This document shows, piece after piece, positions 1 to 5,009 of a DNA stretch of 6,654 bases. Numbering within the stretch: the first letter of the stretch is position 1; each line of letters begins with the position of its first letter. Source of the stretch: a virus. Taxonomy: Duplodnaviria; Heunggongvirae; Uroviricota; Caudoviricetes. The notes below the pieces were generated by a model. It had not been told where the DNA came from and searched no databases. It was given only the letters and a program-made list of their open reading frames with translations. The stretch is taken from IMG/VR virus record IMGVR_UViG_3300011952_000025. One strand, 5' to 3'. The position numbers and the translations under genes are program-made.

Positions 1-697
1 CCATACATATGTTCTGTCATTTTGGTGTTGAACTCGTTTGGTGTCCGAATTGGTAAAGAAGATATTTTGTTTAAAAAAGGAAGTGCTGTCCTCATCGAAT
101 ACAATTTAAAAGATCTTTTTTCGTCAAATACAGATCATCTAATGATCGTAGATGTTGAGGAGAAAACAGTTAATGATTTCTTTAAAAACTACACACTCTC
201 ACCTTTTTCTGTAAGAAGGTTTTATCCGGCATACTTGATAGTAGAATGTGAAGGTNNNNNNNNNNNNNNNNNNNNNNNNNNNNNNNNNNACCGTGGATGT
301 GGTTAGAAATCAAATATCACTTGCATGTCTTGCTGTCTTATCTTCAGAGAAAATAGTGCAAAGTTTTTTGTTCGGAAGTCTTAATAGCTTAGGTTGTAAA
401 GTTAAGGCTATTATTCACTCGGATATCTCAGCGTCATGGAGACTTTGTGATATATCTTCAAGATTATATATGAGCGAGAGTTTGTTAAAAAGAAAATTAA
501 AAGACGAAGGGGTATCGTTTAGTAGATTAATTCTTGAAGAACGAATGATGATGGCGCAAAGATTATTAATTTACAGTAACCATACTGTCGGCAAGGTGGC
601 GGGAATATGCGGGTATGACAATGCATCATATTTTGTAAGTGTTTTTAGAAGATATTTTGGTGTGCCTCCGCACCAATATTTATCAAGATTTTCTTAG
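1..697 (+). CDS. AraC/XylS-family transcriptional regulator; 5' end probably outside the window; interrupted by N-run 256-289
   Basis: C-terminal translation SESLLKRKLKDEGVSFSRLILEERMMMAQRLLIYSNHTVGKVAGICGYDNASYFVSVFRRYFGVPPHQYLSRFS is a typical AraC-type double helix-turn-helix, ending at TAG 695-697. Frame 1 is open from base 1 to the N-run; the post-gap part is in frame 2, so the true gap length is unknown. Visibly AT-rich compared with the phage structural genes. Confidence 0.75.
256..289. other. N-run (34 nt), unresolved sequence inside the AraC-family gene
   Basis: Literal run of n characters; reading frame differs on the two sides. Confidence 0.99.
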
Positions 698-766
698 AAG
701 ATATGATGTGATGGCATTTTATAAAGTTGTTTTTTTGAAGTGTAAGATTATACGATATTTTTAGCT

Positions 767-798
767 ACGCCAGAATAATTGCTGGCGTTTTTCTTTTT
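767..798 (+). terminator. Rho-independent terminator downstream of the AraC-family gene
   Basis: 7-bp stem acgccag (767-773) / ctggcgt (782-788), 8-nt loop, followed by TTTTTCTTTTT (789-798). Confidence 0.6.
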
Positions 799-888
799 GA
801 ATAGATGTTCGGGCCTTACGCTAATGTAATTTTTTTCCTTCTTCGAACCAAACCGTGTACACCATCCGTTATCTGCGGAGGTGAGGCT

Positions 889-1104
889 ATGAAATCCATG
901 GATAAGTTAACAACGGGCATCGCCTACGGCACCTCTGCAGGCAGTGCTGGCTACTGGTTTTTACAGTTGCTCGATAAAGTCACGCCCTCACAGTGGGCGG
1001 CAATAGGTGTATTGGGTAGTCTGGTATTTGGCATGCTGACGTATCTGACTAACCTTTATTTCAAGATTAAAGAAGACAGGCGTAAGGCTGAGAGAGGAGA
1101 GTAA
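889..1104 (+). CDS. S: Class II holin, phage 21 S-like pinholin with dual start (Met1 antiholin, Met4 holin)
   Basis: Translation [71 protein letters not shown] (72 aa). Shine-Dalgarno ggaggtgagg at 876-885. Two predicted transmembrane segments and a charged C-terminus. The MKSM dual-start motif matches the S21 71/68 arrangement as I recall it. Confidence 0.85.
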   Translation: MKSMDKLTTGIAYGTSAGSAGYWFLQLLDKVTPSQWAAIGVLGSLVFGMLTYLTNLYFKIKEDRRKAERGE

Positions 1105-1108
1105 TCCA

Positions 1109-1453
1109 ATGACTCAAGTATACGAACTGGTTGTGAAAGGAGTCCGTAATTTTGAGAATAAAGTTGCGGTAACTTTAGCCTTACAGGACAAAGAACGCTT
1201 TGACGGTGAGATTTTTGACCTTGATATCACTATGGATCGTGTTGAAGGTGCTGCACTGGAGTTTTATGAGGCAGCAGCCAGAAGGAGAATCAGACAGGTG
1301 TTCTTGGATGTTGCTGCCGGGTTATGTGAAGGGGATGAGCAGTCGCCGGAAAAGCGCCCCATAATTTTAGAGGCGCAGAATGTGTGGATAACCTACAAAG
1401 GAAAGCTACCAGGAAGAATTACTGGTTATCTGAAGACTCCGCCGGAATGTTAA
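1109..1453 (+). CDS. Conserved lambdoid-prophage protein of unknown function located between holin and endolysin (YdfR-like by memory)
   Basis: 114-codon ORF starting 5 nt after the holin stop, preceded by gagaggaga. Soluble, charged protein MTQVYELVVKGVRNFENKV... Same strand and tight spacing as the lysis genes. Family assignment is from memory only. Confidence 0.6.
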   Translation: MTQVYELVVKGVRNFENKVAVTLALQDKERFDGEIFDLDITMDRVEGAALEFYEAAARRRIRQVFLDVAAGLCEGDEQSPEKRPIILEAQNVWITYKGKLPGRITGYLKTPPEC

Positions 1454-1691
1454 TTTTAACAGCATATTTCTCTTCCAGTAATGCCACCAGCCACTTGAAG
1501 GAATTTTGTTGTTCCTGGGACCATTTGGGGCTGTGTGATTCAAGCTGGAGCGATGCCAGTGTTGGTTGCATTTGTTCCCTGGGAATTGACAATGCCAGAT
1601 ATGAAAATGCGACAGTAAGGGCATTAACATCATCCCGAAGCCTGGAAATGCAGTCGAGCAACTCCTGAAGAGAAATGGTGTTATTGTCCAT
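1419..1691 (-). CDS. Hypothetical small protein (90 aa) antisense to the lysis operon
   Basis: ATG at 1689-1691 (minus) preceded by caagagga with ~7-nt spacing. Translation MDNNTISLQELLDCISRLRDDVNALTVAFSYLALSIPREQ... is helix-like and more protein-like than the overlapping + and - frame ORFs. Sits in a 343-bp spacer between the 1109-1453 gene and the endolysin, and overlaps the 3' end of 1109-1453 by 35 nt. Confidence 0.3.
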   Translation of the reverse strand: MDNNTISLQELLDCISRLRDDVNALTVAFSYLALSIPREQMQPTLASLQLESHSPKWSQEQQNSFKWLVALLEEKYAVKINIPAESSDNQ

Positions 1692-1796
1692 AAATAATCC
1701 TCTTGATTGTATTTACCTGTTCTCCGCCTGATTCAACAGGTTGGGACAGATAAACATATCCTGGGTTCAGAAATCGATAAATCCTGATAAATATCC

Positions 1797-2330
1797 ATGA
1801 ACGTAAAAGTCAAATACGGCCTGTCGGCTGCCGTTCTGGCGCTGATTGGTGCTGGTGCATCTGCTCCCCAGATACTTGACCAGTTTCTGGACGAAAAAGA
1901 AGGTAACCACACAATGGCATACCGTGATGGTTCCGGCATATGGACCATCTGTCGGGGTGCCACAGTGGTGGATGGAAAACCCGTTTTTCCCAATATGAAA
2001 CTGTCGAAGGAAAAATGCGACCAGGTTAACGCTATTGAGCGTGATAAGGCTCTGGCATGGGTGGAGCGCAATATTAAAGTACCACTGACCGAACCACAAA
2101 AAGCGGGTATCGCGTCATTTTGTCCCTATAACATTGGCCCCGGTAAGTGTTTTCCGTCGACGTTTTATAAACGGCTGAATGCTGGTGATCGTAAAGGTGC
2201 ATGCGAGGCGATTCGCTGGTGGATTAAGGACAGGGGGCGTGATTGCCGCATTCGTTCAAATAACTGTTACGGTCAGGTTATTCGTCGTGATCAGGAGAGC
2301 GCGTTAGTGTGCTGGGGGATCGACAGATAA
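1797..2330 (+). CDS. R: SAR endolysin (phage lysozyme, T4-lysozyme-like glycoside hydrolase with N-terminal signal-anchor-release domain)
   Basis: 177-aa translation MNVKVKYGLSAAVLALIGAGASAPQILDQFLDEKEGNHTMAYRDGSGIWTICRG... has a Gly/Ala-rich weakly hydrophobic N-terminal segment typical of SAR domains, followed by candidate lysozyme catalytic residues (the E of DEKEGN, the D of YRDGSG, the T of IWTICRG). First ATG after an in-frame stop. Confidence 0.88.
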   Translation: MNVKVKYGLSAAVLALIGAGASAPQILDQFLDEKEGNHTMAYRDGSGIWTICRGATVVDGKPVFPNMKLSKEKCDQVNAIERDKALAWVERNIKVPLTEPQKAGIASFCPYNIGPGKCFPSTFYKRLNAGDRKGACEAIRWWIKDRGRDCRIRSNNCYGQVIRRDQESALVCWGIDR

Positions 2331-2423
2331 GCAGAATATTTCTCTGAAAAATGACGTTGGCCAACGCGAGTGGATAACACGATATTCGTCATAAATGAAT
2401 TGAAGTAGTGAATAAGAGCAGAA

Positions 2424-2459
2424 CCCCCGATTGCGCGAACAGTCGGGTTTTTTGTGTTT
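2424..2459 (+). terminator. Terminator-like GC hairpin plus T-tract in the endolysin-Rz spacer
   Basis: cccga (2426-2430) pairs with tcggg (2443-2447) around a GC-rich loop, followed by TTTTTTGTGTTT (2448-2459). Confidence 0.45.
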
Positions 2460-2489
2460 CCTGACTCCGGAAAAGCCAAAGGAGAAAGT

Positions 2490-2627
2490 GTGTTTGATTT
2501 TAGCAAACTGATTCGGGAGATTCGAACTATGGTTGAAAAATTATCCACCTGGAAATTCATTCTTTTCTGGCTGGTGTTTGCGATTATGGCCTCCGGTTAT
2601 TTCATTGCTCAGATACGCTGGTGGTGA
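2490..2627 (+). CDS. Hypothetical small membrane protein (about 45 aa from GTG 2490, or 32 aa from ATG 2529), translationally coupled to Rz
   Basis: Strong Shine-Dalgarno aaaggagaaa (2478-2487) precedes GTG 2490. Translation (M)[44 protein letters not shown] has one clear hydrophobic helix. Stop TGA 2625-2627 lies one base before the Rz ATG 2629. Missing from the ORF track, presumably because it is short. Confidence 0.35.
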   Translation: MFDFSKLIREIRTMVEKLSTWKFILFWLVFAIMASGYFIAQIRWW

Positions 2628-2628
2628 A

Positions 2629-2997
2629 ATGAAACCGGTTCTGTATGCGGTGATTGTTATTCTACTGGTGGTCAGTGGTGCGCTGTTGCTGGCAATAGCC
2701 CATTACCGCGATAATGCCATCATCTACAAAGAGCAGAGAGATGATGCGAAGACAAAACTCAGCCAGGCGAACGCAGCCATTACTGACATGCAGCAGCGCC
2801 AGCGTGATGTTACTGCACTCGATGCAAAATACCTGAAGGAATTAGCTGATGCGAAAGCTGAAAATGATGCTCTTCGTGATGATATTGCCGCTGGTCGTCG
2901 TCGGTTGCACATCAGAGCAGTCTGTCAGAGCGTGCGTGAAGCCACCGCCGCCTCCGGCGTGGGTAATGCAGCCGCCCCCCGACTGGCAGACACCGCT
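2629..2997 (+). CDS. Rz: Rz i-spanin (inner-membrane spanin subunit), lambda-like allele, 3' end lost in N-run 2998-3007
   Basis: Translation [123 protein letters not shown]: N-terminal transmembrane segment plus coiled-coil periplasmic domain, closely resembling lambda Rz as I recall it. The ORF-track start at 2533 (TTG) is rejected in favour of ATG 2629. Confidence 0.85.
2849..2997 (+). CDS. Rz1: Rz1 o-spanin (outer-membrane lipoprotein) embedded in the +1 frame of Rz copy 1, truncated by N-run
   Basis: ATG 2849 preceded by aagga. Translation [50 protein letters not shown]... has a lipobox (VVGC) and a proline-rich tract like lambda Rz1. Confidence 0.7.
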
Positions 2998-3007
2998 NNN
3001 NNNNNNN
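2998..3007. other. N-run (10 nt) joining two overlapping, diverged Rz/Rz1 segments
   Basis: Literal n characters. Sequence on both sides encodes the same part of Rz (HYRDNAI... onward). Confidence 0.99.
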
Positions 3008-3008
3008 T

Positions 3009-3383
3009 AATCATTACCGTGATAACGCCATCGCCTACAAAGAACAGCGCGATAAGGCCGCATCCATTATCGCTGACATGCAGAAACGTCAAAGTGATGT
3101 AGCTGAACTCGATGCCAGATATACAAAGGAGCTTGCTGATGCTAACGCGACTATCGAAAGTCTTCGTGCTGATGTTTCTGCTGGGCGTAAGCGGCTGCGC
3201 GTCAAAGCAGTCTGTCCCGACATGCATAAAATCACCGCCGCCTCCGGCGTGGATGATGGCACCAGCCCCAGACTTACTGACGCCGCTCAACGGGATTATT
3301 TCACCCTCAGAGAGCGACTGATAATAATGCAAAAACAACTTGAAGGGGCACAGCTATACATTCGAGAGCAATGCCTCAGATAA
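3009..3383 (+). CDS. Rz: Rz i-spanin, second (diverged) allele, 5' end missing at the N-run; carries the complete Rz C-terminus
   Basis: Frame-3 translation from the gap: NHYRDNAIAYKEQRDKAASIIADMQKRQSDVAELDARYTKELADANATIESLRADVSAGRKRLRVKAVCPDMHKITAASGVDDGTSPRLTDAAQRDYFTLRERLIIMQKQLEGAQLYIREQCLR, stop TAA 3381-3383. Confidence 0.8.
   Translation, partial: NHYRDNAIAYKEQRDKAASIIADMQKRQSDVAELDARYTKELADANATIESLRADVSAGRKRLRVKAVCPDMHKITAASGVDDGTSPRLTDAAQRDYFTLRERLIIMQKQLEGAQLYIREQCLR
3139..3321 (+). CDS. Rz1: Rz1 o-spanin (outer-membrane lipoprotein) embedded in the +1 frame of Rz
   Basis: ATG 3139 preceded by aaggag (3126-3131). Translation MLTRLSKVFVLMFLLGVSGCASKQSVPTCIKSPPPPAWMMAPAPDLLTPLNGIISPSESD (60 aa) has a signal peptide, lipobox Cys and proline-rich region, and is wholly nested in Rz. 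Confidence 0.85.
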   Translation: MLTRLSKVFVLMFLLGVSGCASKQSVPTCIKSPPPPAWMMAPAPDLLTPLNGIISPSESD

Positions 3384-3652
3384 AAACCGGCCAAGGATAA
3401 TCCGCTGAAGATTCGCCGGGGCTAGAGAGAGCCAAAGCTTTAATTGACACCATTACTCATAGCAAGGCAATGCATCGTTTTTATGAGGTCAATAGATGCC
3501 TGATTTATTTCTGTGCTCCGTATCGTCGCTGTATTCCTTCGTTAACCATGAGTGTAGTCCGACGGGGAGCACGAGTGTATGGGAATAATAAAAAAAGATA
3601 CACACCTGGGTTTACCGCTTTTATGCTTCGCGGGTTTGCTCTTCATGCAGCT

Positions 3653-3699
3653 AGTCCGGTACAGAGGTGTATGAAACCGGACTGCTGATTTAATTAATT
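3653..3699. terminator. 8-bp-stem hairpin with U-rich 3' flank on the + strand; also sits just 3' of the minus-strand cargo ORF stop
   Basis: agtccggt (3653-3660) pairs with accggact (3676-3683) around a 15-nt loop, followed by gctgatttaattaatt. Confidence 0.35.
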
Positions 3700-3700
3700 C

Positions 3701-4121
3701 CTATATTAATGGTCTGTTATTTTCAACATCTTCCATGTACAAAAGATCGTGATCAAACGAATAGTAAAACCTTATGTTTTTATCTATATCTGTAATCCAG
3801 CGATAAACACCTGCTTTTGCTAAAGTGAGACGATATTGATGAAATNNNNNNNNNNTGAAATGTAGATTTACCTGATATAAGATTTCTGGCTGCTTCTTTA
3901 ATTAATTCTGGTTTCTTTGATGTGCTAACTTTCACAAGTCCTCTACTGCCTCGAACTAATAAAATATTATCATCATGAGTAATTAGTCTTATATTATCAG
4001 TAGCCAGATAATAAATATAATGCGCAATATTATGGCGTTTTAATTCGGAGTAAAACCATGGGAAGTATAAATTACTTCTAACGTGTTCGAATATCTCTTG
4101 AAAAATATCTGCCTGCTCCAT
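3701..4121 (-). CDS. Hypothetical AT-rich cargo (moron) protein, about 140 aa, interrupted by N-run 3846-3855; family unknown
   Basis: ATG at 4119-4121 (minus) preceded by aagagga. N-terminal translation MEQADIFQEIFEHVRSNLYFPWFYSELKRHNIAHYIYYLATDNIRLITHDDNILLVRGSRGLVKVSTSKKPELIKEAARNLISGKSTF. After the N-run the most protein-like frame continues FHQYRLTLAKAGVYRWITDIDKNIRFYYSFDHDLLYMEDVENNRPLI to the stop at 3701-3703; the literal-frame ORF in the track ends at 3780 instead. Opposite strand to the late operon and strongly AT-rich. Confidence 0.45.
3846..3855. other. N-run (10 nt) inside the cargo ORF
   Basis: Literal n characters. Confidence 0.99.
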
Positions 4122-4252
4122 CAGGAAATATCCTCTTGTCACTGCTACTTCTTACCATGAGCTTAGATAGTTTGCATGATTTGTTCTCTCACATCAATCT
4201 GATCCGACCTCATTGAGGTGGGCGTTGTGAATACCTGATAAGAAATGTGGGT

Positions 4253-4294
4253 CCTCCCAATGGGGGAGGCTGGCACGGGGCGGGAGCGTCGCGG
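4253..4294. other. Candidate cos site: cosQ-like inverted repeat plus cosN-like sequence
   Basis: ACGGGGCGGGAGCGTCGCGG (4275-4294) matches lambda ACGGGGCGGCGACCTCGCGG at 16 of 20 positions. Inverted repeat cctccc (4253-4258) / gggagg (4264-4269) lies just upstream. The cosN-like site is about 185 nt upstream of the terminase small-subunit start, as in lambda (cosN to Nu1 about 190 nt). An AT-rich cosB-like tract follows. Confidence 0.45.
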
Positions 4295-4473
4295 AAAAAG
4301 GCTAGTTTTTGCATTTCCATGGCGGCGGCAGCATGTTTGGTAATTTATTGATAATTAAAAGTTATTTCCCTTTTCACCTGTACAATATTTTTTTCTTCCT
4401 GTCATTAGACCAGTTTGCAATTAATTGAAATATATAAATAAACCTGATTTTCACCTGCCAGATGGAGTTGCTT

Positions 4474-5001
4474 ATGTCAAATGTGAGCGGGATCGGTGAT
4501 GCTTATTACTGGAGTGTTTTTAAAATCGCCGAGGCCTTTGGGCTTCACCGGGACACAGTAAAAAAACGGCTCCTCGCGGCCAACACTCCTGTGGCTGCGA
4601 CTGTCAGGGGGAACCCCGTTTACGCCCTGCAGCATGTCGGGCCCGCCCTGTTTAGTGTGAAGCATGAGGCAGCAGACTCTGTTCATGATCCATCCCGTAT
4701 GGAGCCGAAAGAGAGAAAGGACTGGTACCAGTCTGAAAATGAAAGGATCAAGCTGGAAAAGGAGCAGCGAAAACTCATCCCAGTTGATGAAGTAGTCATC
4801 GTCTATTCGTCCATGAGAAAGGCTGTCGTCCAGGTTCTGGAGACAATTCCGGATGTTCTTGAACGCGATTGCGCTCTGACTCCTCAGGCCGTCGGCGTTG
4901 TACAGCAGGCCATTGATGACCTGCGATACACTCTTCAGGAAAAATCCTACGAGGCTTGTGCTGCTGAATTAATTCCTGATGAGGAAGGAGAGAGTCTCTA
5001 G
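4474..5001 (+). CDS. Terminase small subunit (Nu1-like DNA-recognition subunit); alternative start at ATG 4462
   Basis: Translation MSNVSGIGDAYYWSVFKIAEAFGLHRDTVKKRLLAANTPV... has an N-terminal helix-turn-helix analogous to lambda Nu1 and an acidic C-terminus. ggag precedes ATG 4474. Lies immediately downstream of the cos-like site and 9 nt upstream of the large subunit. Confidence 0.8.
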   Translation: MSNVSGIGDAYYWSVFKIAEAFGLHRDTVKKRLLAANTPVAATVRGNPVYALQHVGPALFSVKHEAADSVHDPSRMEPKERKDWYQSENERIKLEKEQRKLIPVDEVVIVYSSMRKAVVQVLETIPDVLERDCALTPQAVGVVQQAIDDLRYTLQEKSYEACAAELIPDEEGESL

Positions 5002-5009
5002 GAGGAATA

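Noticed and set aside
1384-1668. Plus-strand 94-aa ORF and minus-strand 75-aa ORF (1406-1633) in the holin-endolysin spacer
   Set aside because: Translations are Cys/Ser/Trp/His-rich and low-complexity, and the + ORF starts inside the 1109-1453 gene in another frame. The minus-strand 1419-1691 frame is the only protein-like one.
1733-2099. Two minus-strand ORFs (1733-2071, 1767-2099) opposite the endolysin
   Set aside because: Antisense shadow ORFs inside a gene whose + strand product is confidently a lysozyme.
2291-2560. Minus-strand 89-aa ORF across the endolysin-Rz spacer
   Set aside because: Overlaps the endolysin 3' end and the small + strand ORF; no ribosome-binding site; composition not protein-like.
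2533-2628. N-terminal extension of the Rz ORF from a TTG start (ORF-track 2533-3102)
   Set aside because: The extension ([18 protein letters not shown]...) is not Rz-like and has no ribosome-binding site. The Rz N-terminal transmembrane segment begins at ATG 2629, and the stretch is better explained by the frame-3 small ORF 2490-2627.
2724-3338. Three minus-strand ORFs (2724-2912, 2842-3063, 2925-3338) opposite Rz
   Set aside because: Antisense to a well-supported Rz/Rz1 coding region; two run through the N gap; Gly/Ala/Arg-rich translations typical of shadow frames.
3470-3688. Plus-strand 72-aa ORF downstream of Rz
   Set aside because: Cys/Arg-rich, no Shine-Dalgarno, and ends inside the hairpin; more likely non-coding or a gene remnant.
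3384-3700. tRNA gene in the Rz-cargo spacer
   Set aside because: No cloverleaf-compatible sequence and no GTTCGA-type T-loop motif seen by eye; lambdoid phages do sometimes carry tRNAs but none is supported here.
3780-3845. Literal-frame C-terminus of the cargo ORF (ISSISSHFSKSRCLSLDYRYR) as given in the ORF track
   Set aside because: Low-complexity, Ser-rich tail. An adjacent frame gives a 47-codon stop-free, protein-like continuation, which is unlikely by chance in AT-rich DNA, and the N-run length is probably arbitrary. Kept only as the conservative alternative end.
3701-4121. ADP-ribosyltransferase-like (R...STS) or HEPN-like (RHNIAH, an Rx4H pattern) motifs in the cargo protein
   Set aside because: The spacing between the Arg and STS is far shorter than in cholera/pertussis-type toxins, and an Rx4H string alone is too weak; naming a family on this basis would be over-interpretation.
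4195-4215. Alternative cosN at the TGATCCGACCTC motif
   Set aside because: It shares a short string with the lambda cos flank but lacks the GGGCGG core; the 4275-4294 site matches lambda far better and has lambda-like spacing to the terminase gene.
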